From: Gemmatimonadaceae bacterium | GTDB taxonomy: Bacteria > Gemmatimonadota > Gemmatimonadetes > Gemmatimonadales > Gemmatimonadaceae | Length of the DNA stretch: 64,000 nucleotides | Assembly (NCBI GenBank): GCA_044224875.1 | Contig: JBGAJQ010000012.1 | Location: 39,564-103,563, forward strand | Direction of reading: 5' to 3' | Part shown: positions 50,288 through 60,593 of the stretch, piece after piece | Layout: every line of letters begins with the position of its first letter | How positions within the stretch are numbered: position 1 is the stretch's first letter | Translations under genes and position numbers: made by a program | Notes under the pieces: generated by a model | What the model was told of the DNA's origin: nothing | The model's input: only the letters and a program-made list of their open reading frames with translations | Database searches by the model: none

Positions 50288-52429
50288 TTAGCGACTACTC
50301 TTTCCCTGCTGCACGATCACGAAGCGCGAGCCGTCTGCCGTCACGTCATACATCAGGTTCGCGCCCACATAGTAGGGTGCACGGAAGAGCTCAGTCTCTC
50401 CGTCCAGCGACGGCACTGATCCGTTGATGGACGGTCCCAGCTTTACGGCATACAACGCGCCATCCTTCCAGTAGTACAACTCTCGTCCGTCGCCTCGCCA
50501 CACCGCGTGCTCACCGCCGCCACGCGACACCAGTACGCGCTTGCCCGGTTGCGAGTAGGAATCGAGGTACACTTCCAGCCGTCCGAATTCGTCCGTTGTG
50601 TAGGCCACCCACTTCCCGTCAGGTGAAACGCGCGCTGCCCCCTCATCGGCGGGCGTCGCCACATACGCCTTGGCGGGCGAGCCGTCGGCAGGCTGGATCA
50701 TGACATCATGCTTGCCACCCCCGCCGTCGTCCGTCACCAGCAACGCGCTCTCGTCCCGTCGCCAGTCGCTTGGGAACTGTGTGCCAGGGTGTGTCGCGAG
50801 CACTTTGGCGTCCGGGTCTCCTATGCGACGCACCAGAATGTCCTTGCCACCGGGTGCACTCGCCGAGTATGCCAAGCTCATGCCATCCGCGCTCCACTGC
50901 GGATCGTTGGCGTCCGTCTCGTCATCGGTGATTCGGCGCGTCGTGCCGGCCTCGATGTCCGTGATCCACAGGTCACTGGTGCCTCGGCCGCGCCCGAACG
51001 CGCCATAGGCAACGCGCTTTCCATCCGGAGAGAAGCGTGGCGTCCATGGACGATTCGCTTCGATCGAACGAACCAAGCGACCGGTGCGATCCACCACAGA
51101 GAGCGTCATGTCGCCACCGGGTCGCCAAGTATCGGTACCGAGGTTGATAGACGGAACGGTCACTCTCGGCACCACGTCCGCCACGCTCGTGGGAATCCGC
51201 TTCTGCGCGACCAGCCACCCCAGAGCCATCCCCACGCCCAACATGGCAACGGCTGCGTACATGGCAGCACGGGCGGACACGCGGCGGCGGGTAGAAGGTG
51301 CAGCTGTCGGTGGCGCTTCGCGAGCATCCTGTGGCACTTCCAGAGCGGCCGCAAATTCTGCGGCACTCGCGAACCGATCTTCAGGCACCTTGGCCAACGC
51401 GCGTTGCACGGCGGAATCGAGGAATGACGCGACATCCGAACGGCGCTCGGCAAGTGCCGACGGGGACTCGGCGAGTACGCGCCGCAGCACGGCATGTGGT
51501 GAGGACGCGGCAAAAGGCGTCTCGCCGGCAATCATCTCATGCAGCACGACACCGAGCGCATACACATCAGCACGCGCATCGATCGCTCGTGCACCGGTCG
51601 CCTGTTCGGGGGCCATATACTGCGGAGTTCCAATCGTGATCCCCGTGCGCGTGAGGCGATCGCCGCCCGCTTGCTCCAGCGCCAGGGATATTCCAAAGTC
51701 GCCCAGCACGGCGTGCTCGCCCTGCAGCAAGACGTTTTCCGGTTTCACATCTCGGTGTACAACACCGCGGCGATGGGCGTATTCCAGGCCATCCGCCATC
51801 TCCCGCGCAATCCGTACTGCCTCTGCCACGGGCAGTCGCCCTTCGCGCGAGAGACGCGACCGCAGGGTCTCCCCTTCCACGAACGGCATGGCGTACCAGA
51901 GCAATCCGTTTGCGCTGCCGGAGTCGAACAGTGGCAAGATGTGCGGATGCTGCAGAGACGCCGTGACGCGAATCTCCTGAAGGAAGCGATCAGCTCCCAC
52001 CGCAGCCGCCAGTTCCTGACGAAGGACCTTGATGGCCACCCGCCGGTCGTGACGAAGGTCCCGTGCGAGGTACACCGTCGCCATGCCGCCATGCGCCAGC
52101 TCGCGCTCGATCGCGTAGCGGCCGTCGAGCGCTTTCGCGAGTCGGTCGGCAAGCGGTGTGCGGTCGTCAGCTGCACCGTCCGCCACTAAGGAGTCGACGG
52201 CTGGGTTCTCCAGGAAGTCGTCACTGGCGCGTTCATGCCGCGCGAGCAGGGACATGATCTCGTGACGAAGCCCCTCGTCATCGGCACACGCTTCGGCGAC
52301 AAAGGCCGCACGCTCACTGGGATCGATGCCGAGCGCGGCCTTGAGGACAGCGTCTACGGCTCGCCATCGCTCCGGCGTCATGAGCCTTCGCGCGCTTGCG
52401 CTCTCTCTGGTGTCGGTCGGCGTTGTCAT
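50288..52429 (-). CDS. Membrane Ser/Thr protein kinase with TolB-like (PD40) beta-propeller
   Basis: ERWRAVDAVL N-terminal extension; GGMATVYLA, HRDVKPEN, DFG, GTPQYMAPEQ; one TM; FSPDG/WSADG/VSPDG repeats; ATGA overlap with the ECF stop. Confidence 0.92.
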   Translation of the reverse strand: MTTPTDTRESASARRLMTPERWRAVDAVLKAALGIDPSERAAFVAEACADDEGLRHEIMSLLARHERASDDFLENPAVDSLVADGAADDRTPLADRLAKALDGRYAIERELAHGGMATVYLARDLRHDRRVAIKVLRQELAAAVGADRFLQEIRVTASLQHPHILPLFDSGSANGLLWYAMPFVEGETLRSRLSREGRLPVAEAVRIAREMADGLEYAHRRGVVHRDVKPENVLLQGEHAVLGDFGISLALEQAGGDRLTRTGITIGTPQYMAPEQATGARAIDARADVYALGVVLHEMIAGETPFAASSPHAVLRRVLAESPSALAERRSDVASFLDSAVQRALAKVPEDRFASAAEFAAALEVPQDAREAPPTAAPSTRRRVSARAAMYAAVAMLGVGMALGWLVAQKRIPTSVADVVPRVTVPSINLGTDTWRPGGDMTLSVVDRTGRLVRSIEANRPWTPRFSPDGKRVAYGAFGRGRGTSDLWITDIEAGTTRRITDDETDANDPQWSADGMSLAYSASAPGGKDILVRRIGDPDAKVLATHPGTQFPSDWRRDESALLVTDDGGGGKHDVMIQPADGSPAKAYVATPADEGAARVSPDGKWVAYTTDEFGRLEVYLDSYSQPGKRVLVSRGGGEHAVWRGDGRELYYWKDGALYAVKLGPSINGSVPSLDGETELFRAPYYVGANLMYDVTADGSRFVIVQQGKSSR

Positions 52430-53049
52430 GGTTCGAGTTCCCGGCGAAGCCACATGCGCGCGATGGCCCATTCGCGACCGACGGTCGCCGGCGAGACACC
52501 GAGCACTTCCGCTGCCTCCGGGATGCTGAGGCCAGCAAAGTATCGGAGATCTACTAACCGCGCCTTCTGTGGATCAAGCACCGCCAGCCGCGCGAGTGCC
52601 TCATCGAGCGCGATGACGTCCACGGCATCGAGCGCCGCACCCTGCTCTGCAATTCCGTCGCCGAGTGAGATCCTCACGTCGCCACCGCCACGCTTGAGGG
52701 CCAGGCGTGTTCGCGCGTGATCCAGCAGAACACGCCTCATGGTTTGCGCCGCAATGCCAAAGAACTGCGCGCGGCTCTCCCATCGCGCGTCGGCCTGGCC
52801 ATCCAGGCGCAGCCATGCCTCGTGGACGAGCGCGGTCGCCTGCAAAGTGTGCCCTTCTCCTTCTCGGCGTAACACAAGTGTCGCCTGACGCCGCAACTCC
52901 TCATACACAAGCCGGACCAGTGAGTCACTTGCTTGGGGGTCGCCTGCACCCCACGCCCTCAACAGTTGGGTGACACCTGCCACCGAGGCGGGCGCGGTTG
53001 GGTTCGTTCTGGAAGGACGAGCGGGTGACTCGGGCGGAGTGGTTGGCAT
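52426..53049 (-). CDS. ECF sigma factor, kinase-associated (TIGR02999-like)
   Basis: VTQLLRAW, VYEELRR, HTLQATALVHEAWLRL, KRGGG, LRYFAGL, TVGREWAIARMWL. Confidence 0.92.
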   Translation of the reverse strand: MPTTPPESPARPSRTNPTAPASVAGVTQLLRAWGAGDPQASDSLVRLVYEELRRQATLVLRREGEGHTLQATALVHEAWLRLDGQADARWESRAQFFGIAAQTMRRVLLDHARTRLALKRGGGDVRISLGDGIAEQGAALDAVDVIALDEALARLAVLDPQKARLVDLRYFAGLSIPEAAEVLGVSPATVGREWAIARMWLRRELEP

Positions 53050-53175
53050 AGCGATCGAAGGTAGTGAAAGCATGCGTCTTCCGCTTTGACAACGGTCGAG
53101 GTGAGTGGGTTGTGACGCGTTTTGCGCGTTATGGGATGAGGCGCGTGTGTGCGCCGGTAGCCAAAGGAGGATGCA

Positions 53176-53613
53176 ATGACTACGCCTAGGGTACGTCGCA
53201 ACGTTTCAGCTGCGCTCACCATTGCCATTGGGCTCGTCGCCGGCGCTTGCGTGCGCACGACGTCGCAATACTTGGATGACCCACTCCCTCGCGTGGAGAG
53301 TCGTTCGCTGACAATCCGCTTCGACAATAGCGCGCGCCAGTACGTCCACGTGTACCTCGTCGGTGCACAGCGGGAGTGGTTTCTTGGACGAGTGGAATCT
53401 GGCGCGGTCGCGAGGTTGCGAATTCCCGTCGAGTCCTTCGAGGGCGACACGCGTCACATGCGGCTGGCCGTCGTTGCCGGAGAACACATGACCCTTCAGG
53501 CGGCGCTGAATCCGCGCGCGTCGATCACGCTCGTCCAGCCTACCTCAGCGATCGTTGGGCAGACGTGGCGATTCACGGAGGGGCAACTGACGTCGCTTCG
53601 AATCCCGCGCTGA
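53176..53613 (+). CDS. Hypothetical lipoprotein
   Basis: RBS AAGGAGG; lipobox VAGAC; beta-rich VHVYLV...FLGRV. Confidence 0.65.
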   Translation: MTTPRVRRNVSAALTIAIGLVAGACVRTTSQYLDDPLPRVESRSLTIRFDNSARQYVHVYLVGAQREWFLGRVESGAVARLRIPVESFEGDTRHMRLAVVAGEHMTLQAALNPRASITLVQPTSAIVGQTWRFTEGQLTSLRIPR

Positions 53614-53802
53614 GCTTTCCCCGAGAGGTGCAGGCGTTTCCGTGGGAGCTGAACGCTCACGGGCGTTCGCAGGCTCGCGATCCGCCGCCGGATTGGGCGA
53701 GTCGCGAGCCATTTGCATTGGCATGGACTTCTTGTAGCGTCGCCGTCGCTGCATGATAGTGCGGTTGTCCAGGACGCCCTACCCTCTCGCGACGCATTCG
53801 AC

Positions 53803-54261
53803 ATGCAGCTTACCACTGGCATCACCGATATCGCACACAGCATTCAACTCGCCGTGGCTCCGGTGTTCCTGCTCACGGGTGTGGCCACCACGCTGACCGT
53901 GCTCACGAATCGACTCGCGCGCATCATCGATCGTGCGAGGTATCTCGAGAGCGTGTTATCGGGAACGGCTACGCTGACGGCCAGTGAGGTGCGATCCGAA
54001 CTTCAGGTACTTTCCAGGCGCGCCCGGCTGGTTCATCGCGCAATCACGATGGCAACGTCCTGCGCACTACTCATTTGCCTCGTCATCGTCACATTGTTCG
54101 TGGGCGTCGCTTTGAATCGTGACGCGACGCTTCTCATCGTGGTGTTGTTCGTGTTGGCGCTGGCGGCATTTATCGCGGGGCTCGTGCTGTTCCTGTTGGA
54201 GATTCGAGCCGCCACAGGGAGTCTTCACTTCGACGCACGCCTTCGTGCCGATCGCGCGTAG
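53803..54261 (+). CDS. DUF2721 family membrane protein
   Basis: IQLAVAPVFLLTG, NRLARIIDRAR, FLLEIRAAT; three TM helices. Confidence 0.85.
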   Translation: MQLTTGITDIAHSIQLAVAPVFLLTGVATTLTVLTNRLARIIDRARYLESVLSGTATLTASEVRSELQVLSRRARLVHRAITMATSCALLICLVIVTLFVGVALNRDATLLIVVLFVLALAAFIAGLVLFLLEIRAATGSLHFDARLRADRA

Positions 54262-56314
54262 TGGGCGGTGCCCAGTGAAAGCCGGCCAGACGCACGAAAT
54301 CGCCGGGGTCGTAGACACGACCGCGACGAATGACCCAATGTGCGCGCCGGATGTTCGAGATATCTGCAAGCGGGTCGCCGTCCAGCACCAGCAGATCGGC
54401 GAGCTTTCCAGGCTCGACGCTTCCCACAATTCGATCCATCCCCATCGCACGAGCTGCAACCGTCGTGGCGCTCTGGATCGCCTCCAGTGGAGTAAACCCG
54501 GCCTCAACTGAGAGCTCCAGCTCGCGCAGGAGCGAATATCCTGGAACGGCACCGTCCGTTCCGGCGACGATCGGAATCCCGGCGTCGTGCAGGTCCTTCA
54601 TTAGCGCGAGCGCTCGCGCGCGTTGCGCGGCTGCGGCGGCGAGGTCTCCGGTGTTACGAACGCTGGCGTAGTTGAGCGCCAGCGGAGCCGCGATCCTCGC
54701 AAAGCTGGGTTCAAAAGATGCCACACTCGTTGGCGATGCTCTGCCGAGGAGTTCGTTCCAGGCGACCGTGGGATCAACGACCACTCCGCGGCTGGCCAGG
54801 AGCCCGATGAGCTCCCCTCGCTCGGCGACTTCGCTGCCGAATGGCAGGTGCGCGACATGGTCCATGCCCGAGTCGACGACTGCCCGTAGTCCCATCGAGG
54901 TCGGAACATGACCGGTCACCGTCATGCCTAGCGCATGGGCGCGCCGAATGATTGATCCGGCGACTGGAGCCGTGATGCTGTTGTACAGTTTGACCTGTCG
55001 GAAGCCCAACGCATGAAGGCGATCTACCGCCGCGCGTCCCTCGGCGGGCGTGGTTGCGATGGATGCTCCAAAGCCATTCGGTCCGGGACCGTCGATCAAT
55101 CCCGCCAGGAGGAGCGTTGGACCAACGGCGGTCGGGCGACTCAGTGCGTCTCGGAACGCGGTGAGGAAGGCCCGTTCCCCACCCATGTCTCGTACTGTCG
55201 TGACACCCGCGGCCAGTGACGCCGGCGCCCACTCGATCTGGCTGACATGTCCGTGCATGTCCCACAATCCCGGAATGACCGTCGTTCCGTTGGCATCGAG
55301 CACTCGCGTTCCCGCGGGCATGCGCACGGTGCCCGCCGCGCCCATGGCGGCAATGCGTCCGTCGCGGATGAGAATCGTCGCGCCGTCGATCGGAGCAACG
55401 TTCGTTGCCGGGATCACGCGAACGCCCACCAACGCAAAGGTGCCGGTCGCGATGGGCTTCACTTGCCGCTCCATCGTGACAAGGTCCCGCATCCGGTCGC
55501 GAATCGCGCTCTGTTGCAGGCGCGGCAGTGCGTCCTCGAGGTCGCTCCGCGACGCCTCCATGGGTAGGATATGGATGCGTGTCACGATCGCAGCCAGCAT
55601 GTCGTGGTCGTCCAACCATACCGTCTCGCGCCCCCAGACAATACCGTCCACAGCATACCGGCGCAGGATGACCCTGCGTCCTGACAGCTGCAACGTGTCC
55701 GTTCCCCGGAGTGCAACGGATATCTTTGCGTCGTCAGCACCGGGGATGTTCTGCACGGACGCCGGCCGGCCGTGCATTTCCCAATACCGGATGAGCCATG
55801 CACGACCTGCGAGTGGCGCGTAGCCGCGTGATGTGAAGTACGGGCCCGAAATGGCACGTGTGCTCGTATCGCCGAGGTTTGCCACGCGAGCGGTCCGACC
55901 AGCCACCCGAACGTCCACGTCCACGTTTACGAAACGATACGTCTTTCCGATGGCACGGAAGGCAACGGGTGTGAAGTCCGGCGCCACGCGGAGAACCGAT
56001 GTGACCTCGAGGTGCGAACCGCGATCCGTCAGGTCGAGTGTGGCGTTCAGCTGCAACGTGTCGCTTGTGCGACGGATCACGTACGACTCGCTGCCCACGC
56101 GTCGTTCGATGAGATGGATGATGAGCCGCCCGCTGTCTCCGTCGACAGGCGCGTGTGCGCGCTGGGGCGCGAGAACGTTACCCTCATCGGCGCGCGGATA
56201 GTACGGTTCTCGGTAAGAACCTCGTGCAACCAACGGACGGGATGGCGGCGCATTCAACCCAGACAATGCCGCGGCCAAGACGGGTAGGACTCGAGCGACG
56301 GTTCGGTAGCGCAT
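54170..56314 (-). CDS. Secreted amidohydrolase family protein
   Basis: PGLWDMHGH, GVTTVRDMG, VKLY, GHVP, IVAGTD, GKLADLLVLDGDPL. Confidence 0.88.
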   Translation of the reverse strand: MRYRTVARVLPVLAAALSGLNAPPSRPLVARGSYREPYYPRADEGNVLAPQRAHAPVDGDSGRLIIHLIERRVGSESYVIRRTSDTLQLNATLDLTDRGSHLEVTSVLRVAPDFTPVAFRAIGKTYRFVNVDVDVRVAGRTARVANLGDTSTRAISGPYFTSRGYAPLAGRAWLIRYWEMHGRPASVQNIPGADDAKISVALRGTDTLQLSGRRVILRRYAVDGIVWGRETVWLDDHDMLAAIVTRIHILPMEASRSDLEDALPRLQQSAIRDRMRDLVTMERQVKPIATGTFALVGVRVIPATNVAPIDGATILIRDGRIAAMGAAGTVRMPAGTRVLDANGTTVIPGLWDMHGHVSQIEWAPASLAAGVTTVRDMGGERAFLTAFRDALSRPTAVGPTLLLAGLIDGPGPNGFGASIATTPAEGRAAVDRLHALGFRQVKLYNSITAPVAGSIIRRAHALGMTVTGHVPTSMGLRAVVDSGMDHVAHLPFGSEVAERGELIGLLASRGVVVDPTVAWNELLGRASPTSVASFEPSFARIAAPLALNYASVRNTGDLAAAAAQRARALALMKDLHDAGIPIVAGTDGAVPGYSLLRELELSVEAGFTPLEAIQSATTVAARAMGMDRIVGSVEPGKLADLLVLDGDPLADISNIRRAHWVIRRGRVYDPGDFVRLAGFHWAPPTTRDRHEGVRRSEDSLWRLESPTGTARAPR

Positions 56315-56455
56315 GATCCTCAGCGTCGGCAAACGGTGACCGACCGGTCAAGGTGCGCCCAAACCTACGGAACGCTGAAGAGTGAGACCAGACGGTCGCT
56401 TGAATCTGGCATTGCGCACCTTGCACTATCAGCGGCTCAAATGAGAATTGGCCGC

Positions 56456-57919
56456 ATGCGGCTGCGCCTCGTCTTGCTCCTCGGTTCGTTTCTCCTGCTA
56501 AGGGGAGAGACGGTGAGAGCGCAGGGCGCGCGCCTGAGCGGAACGATCGTTGACCAGCGGACGCATCGCCCGCTGGCTGGGGCGAACGTGCAGGTCCTGC
56601 GCGCGGATTCCACCACTGCCACCTTCTCCCGCGACACGACAACCACCGCGGACGGCATGTACACGTTCGCCGAACTACCGCCGGGAAGCTACACCCTCGG
56701 GTTCTTTCATCCAACGATGGATTCGTTAGGTATCGACCTTCCGGTACGACGTTTGGATCTGGCGGCTGGCGACGAGGCGAGGGTCGATCTCGCGATTCCT
56801 CCACATGACGAATTGATCGCTCGCCTCTGTGGCAAGGACGCAGCCACTGACTCTTCGGCCACCATCGTCGGTTTCGTGCACAATGTGGTGACCTCTACCC
56901 CGGCCGCCGGCGCGAACGTCCTCCTCGAATGGGGAGAATGGGTGTTGCGCGGCGCGTCCATGCGCGAAGAGAGTCAGCACCTGTCCACAGCCACACGTCG
57001 CGACGGATGGTATGCCTTCTGCAACGTTCCAATAGGATGGATGATGCAGCTGCGGGCCACGAACGGTGCAGACACGACCGGCATCATCGATCCCGGGCTT
57101 GTAGGGCGACATGTGGTTGTTCGCGACCTCTACATCGGACCGACCACTCGCGTGGAACGGCTGCCACCAGATTCGCTCGCTGAGAGTAGCACGGTTGCCG
57201 CGCCACAGGTCGTATGGTCCGGTACCGCTCGCATTGCCGGCGTCGTTCGCCGCGCAGACGGTCGCGCCATCCCAGGCGCGCGCGTCGCGGTACTTGGCAC
57301 TGCGTCCGCGAGCGAGACCAGCGCAAGTGGCGAGTATGCGCTTCGCGACCTCCCTTCCGGGTCGCAAACGTTGGTGGTGCGCGCGATCGGCTTTGTCCCT
57401 ACCCGTCAGGTCCTGGAACTTCGACCGGACGGTACGACGAATGTGCCTGTGGTTGAGCTGACGAACTTGCGGTCCTTCCTGGACACGGTGCGCATCACGA
57501 CCACGCGCGTGTTCTCGTCGGATCCTACCGGCTTCGAGAGCCGACAGCGCGCACACATCGGACACTTCGTCGATCGAGTGGCCCTCGATCGACTGGCCAT
57601 GACGAATCCGTCCGATGCCATTCGGATGCTGCCTGGCGTCACCGTTGTACCTGCGGCCATGGGATCGTTCGGGCGCATGATCCAGATGAAGTCGCCATTC
57701 GGCAACTCCGTCTGCATCCCCACCCTGTATGTGGACGGCTTCGCCTACAAACCGGGCGAAGCCCAGCTGGACGACCTGCTGAATCCGGACCAGATACAAG
57801 CCATCGAGGTCTACACACGTCAGTCGCAGGCACCGGTGCAGTTCACCAATACCATGTCTGGCTGCGGTAGCGTTGTCGTCTGGACTCGACAACTCCCCCG
57901 GGGAGACAAGAAGAAGTAG
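56456..57919 (+). CDS. Carboxypeptidase-regulatory-like repeat protein with TonB-plug-like C-terminus
   Basis: Signal peptide; repeated G-V-D/PLAGANV/G-Y-F Ig-like modules; CIPTLYVDG, IQAIEVY, GCGSVVVWTR. Confidence 0.8.
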   Translation: MRLRLVLLLGSFLLLRGETVRAQGARLSGTIVDQRTHRPLAGANVQVLRADSTTATFSRDTTTTADGMYTFAELPPGSYTLGFFHPTMDSLGIDLPVRRLDLAAGDEARVDLAIPPHDELIARLCGKDAATDSSATIVGFVHNVVTSTPAAGANVLLEWGEWVLRGASMREESQHLSTATRRDGWYAFCNVPIGWMMQLRATNGADTTGIIDPGLVGRHVVVRDLYIGPTTRVERLPPDSLAESSTVAAPQVVWSGTARIAGVVRRADGRAIPGARVAVLGTASASETSASGEYALRDLPSGSQTLVVRAIGFVPTRQVLELRPDGTTNVPVVELTNLRSFLDTVRITTTRVFSSDPTGFESRQRAHIGHFVDRVALDRLAMTNPSDAIRMLPGVTVVPAAMGSFGRMIQMKSPFGNSVCIPTLYVDGFAYKPGEAQLDDLLNPDQIQAIEVYTRQSQAPVQFTNTMSGCGSVVVWTRQLPRGDKKK

Positions 57920-57926
57920 CCCGGGA

Positions 57927-60593
57927 CTACTCTCCCCGGAGTGCCACGGCCGGATCCACACGCGACGCGCGCAGCGCCGGCACCAGACACGCCACCAACG
58001 CGATCATCATGAGCACCATGACGACCAAAACCAGGGTCGCCGGGTCGCCGGGCGACACCCCAAAGATGAACTGCCGCATCAATCCTTGCGTGGCGACGAT
58101 GCCCGCGGCGCCGATGGCACTCCCCACACTGGTCAACAGCACCCCGCGACGAACGACCAGTCGCACGACGGATGTGCGTGACGCACCGAGTGCCGTGCGC
58201 AACCCCATCTCGCGTCCACGCTCCGTAACGCTCGCCGACATGACACCGTACAGGCCTCCGATCGCCAGCAACAACGCGATCACTGCGAACGCGCCGATGA
58301 GCGAACTCGCCAGCCTGCGATTCTTCGTTGCCGAATCGACCACTTCTTCCATGGTTCGAACTTTGGACACCACCGACCCCGGATCGAGGGCCTTGGCGAC
58401 GGCCTTGAGTGACGGACCGATCGCCGCCGGGTCTCCTCCGGTCCGCGCCACGACCAAGTAGTCGGATTCTTCGTACTTGAACTGATCGTAGGGCAGGTAC
58501 ATCTGGCTCTCGATGTTGCGCTCGAGCGAGAGGTGATGAACGTCGTCGACGATACCCACGACCGTGCGATCGGGCCCATCGAGGCCGCCAATGCGTACGC
58601 GCACGCCAATCGGGTCGTCCCCCCCAAAGATCTTCTTCACCGCCGCTTGGTTGAACAGAACGACGTACGGTGCCCCCGCTCGATCGGCCGCCGTGAAACC
58701 GCGTCCCTTGATCACGGGAATGCGCATCACGTCCAGGTACTGCGGACTCACCGCAAATCGCTGGGCGTCCGGGTCGGTCTCTGGATTCGCCGATGGTTTA
58801 TCCTGACGGTGCACACCCCACGAGTCGAAGTTTCCGCCCAACGGGAGCTGCGTGCTGATGGCCACCGCCTGAACGCCAGGCACCGCGCCGGCACGCTCCA
58901 GGAATTGCGAGAAGTAGGCACGCGCCGAGCCCTCCTGCTGGTAGCGCGGACCGACCACGCCTACTGCCATGGTTTCCACGCCGGTGGCCACGTAGCCAGT
59001 CGTCACCTGCAACGTCTTCTGCAGGCTGCGAACCTGAAGCCCGGCCCCCACCAACAGCATGACGGCCAGTGCCATCTCGACAACCACCACGCCGTTCCTG
59101 AGTCGACGCGGCGTCCGCCCGACCACCCCGCGCGTCCCCACACGAATGTCCGCCAGCGCCGAATCCTTCAGCGATACCAGCGCCGGCAGCGTGCCACCAA
59201 TCAGCGCGCTCACTGTGGTCATCAGCAAAGCAAAACCCAAGACGGGGGCTGCGGTGGAGACTCGTGTCGCCAAGGTGGGCGGAATCTGAAGGAATGCCAC
59301 CAGCAACCGCGTGCCGCTCCACGCGAGGAGCACGCCGAGCACACCACCGACCACGGCCAACACCACGGCCTCCACCGAAACCAGTCGCACCAATCGCGAA
59401 CGTTCAGCACCTAACGCCATGCGTACCGAAAGCTCGGTTTGTCGTTCACCCGTGCGACCGAGAAAGAGGTTCGCCACGTTGGCGCAGGCCAGGAGCAGGA
59501 GCAGGCCAACGGCGGCAAAGAGCCCGAGGAGCGACGCGCGCACCTTTCCCGATACTTCCTCCTGCAGCGTCCACACGCGCGCACCCACCGTGCCGTACTG
59601 ATCAGGATAGCGCTGCTTGAGCGAGTGGAAGTACGTGTCGAGCTGCTCCTGAGCACCAGCAAGGCTGACGCCGGGCCGCAACCGGCCGATCACCCGCAGA
59701 TGGTGGCACGTGCGGCATGATGAGTCAGTGGTTGGATCGTAGCCCAGCGGCCCCCACACCTGCGCCTGCGGGTAGAGGAGACTCTGGAAGTCCCGCGGCA
59801 TGACGCCGGCGACCAGGTACGCGGTGCCATTCATGATCGTGGTCCGACCGACGATCAACGGATCGGCCCCGAAGTGGGATCGCCACAGCGCGTCACTGAG
59901 GATCACCACTCGGCGCGTTTCCATTCGATCCTCCTCCGGCGTGAAGTCACGCCCCAGGGCCGGCCGGACGCCTAACGTCTTGAAGAATGTGTGGCTCACC
60001 CGCTGTCCGTTCAGGCTTACTACGTCGCCGCCCGCCTGAAGGGTCGGGGTCCAGTAGGACATGGCCGCCATCGATGAGAAGACCTTGGTTTCGCGGCGCG
60101 TGTCATCGAAGGTCATCCACCCGATGCCATCATCCCCGCCGTTCGCGGCGCGCTCGGACAGCATCATCAGTCGATCCGACTCGGGATACGGCGGTGGCGC
60201 CAACAGCACCGGATACACGACGCTGAAAAGGGCACTCGTGGCCCCAATGCCCACCGTGAGCGTCAGGATCACGAGCGCCGCAAAGAGGGGCGAACGCGAG
60301 AGCGACCGAAGGACGAACCTGAGGTCGGACCATAAGGATGTCATCGATCCATCTCCACGACGGACAGGGTGAGGAGCCGGTACTCGGTGCCAGCTCGAAC
60401 GCAGGGTCGAAACGGCCTGCCTCCAGTACCACAGGCGCGCCAGGTGCACGCCGCCGCGTGCCTGTCGTTCGGCGTAACCTTCATCAAGGTCGCCAAGCAC
60501 GAACTCCCGCTCGCGCGGCGGCACGCGGATCGCAATGAGCCAACGGGCCAACCGCGGCGCCGCTGGAAAGTCGTTGGAGCTGAACGGACTCAC
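57927..60593 (-). CDS. Duplicated orphan ABC permease (MacB/FtsX-type, ADOP family)
   Basis: PRLARWL...VLGDLDE...WYWRQ prefix; DLRFVLRSL, ACANVANLFL, GLYGVMS, RASRVDPAVALR; GTG start overlaps the padR stop. Confidence 0.92.
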   Translation of the reverse strand: MSPFSSNDFPAAPRLARWLIAIRVPPREREFVLGDLDEGYAERQARGGVHLARLWYWRQAVSTLRSSWHRVPAPHPVRRGDGSMTSLWSDLRFVLRSLSRSPLFAALVILTLTVGIGATSALFSVVYPVLLAPPPYPESDRLMMLSERAANGGDDGIGWMTFDDTRRETKVFSSMAAMSYWTPTLQAGGDVVSLNGQRVSHTFFKTLGVRPALGRDFTPEEDRMETRRVVILSDALWRSHFGADPLIVGRTTIMNGTAYLVAGVMPRDFQSLLYPQAQVWGPLGYDPTTDSSCRTCHHLRVIGRLRPGVSLAGAQEQLDTYFHSLKQRYPDQYGTVGARVWTLQEEVSGKVRASLLGLFAAVGLLLLLACANVANLFLGRTGERQTELSVRMALGAERSRLVRLVSVEAVVLAVVGGVLGVLLAWSGTRLLVAFLQIPPTLATRVSTAAPVLGFALLMTTVSALIGGTLPALVSLKDSALADIRVGTRGVVGRTPRRLRNGVVVVEMALAVMLLVGAGLQVRSLQKTLQVTTGYVATGVETMAVGVVGPRYQQEGSARAYFSQFLERAGAVPGVQAVAISTQLPLGGNFDSWGVHRQDKPSANPETDPDAQRFAVSPQYLDVMRIPVIKGRGFTAADRAGAPYVVLFNQAAVKKIFGGDDPIGVRVRIGGLDGPDRTVVGIVDDVHHLSLERNIESQMYLPYDQFKYEESDYLVVARTGGDPAAIGPSLKAVAKALDPGSVVSKVRTMEEVVDSATKNRRLASSLIGAFAVIALLLAIGGLYGVMSASVTERGREMGLRTALGASRTSVVRLVVRRGVLLTSVGSAIGAAGIVATQGLMRQFIFGVSPGDPATLVLVVMVLMMIALVACLVPALRASRVDPAVALRGE

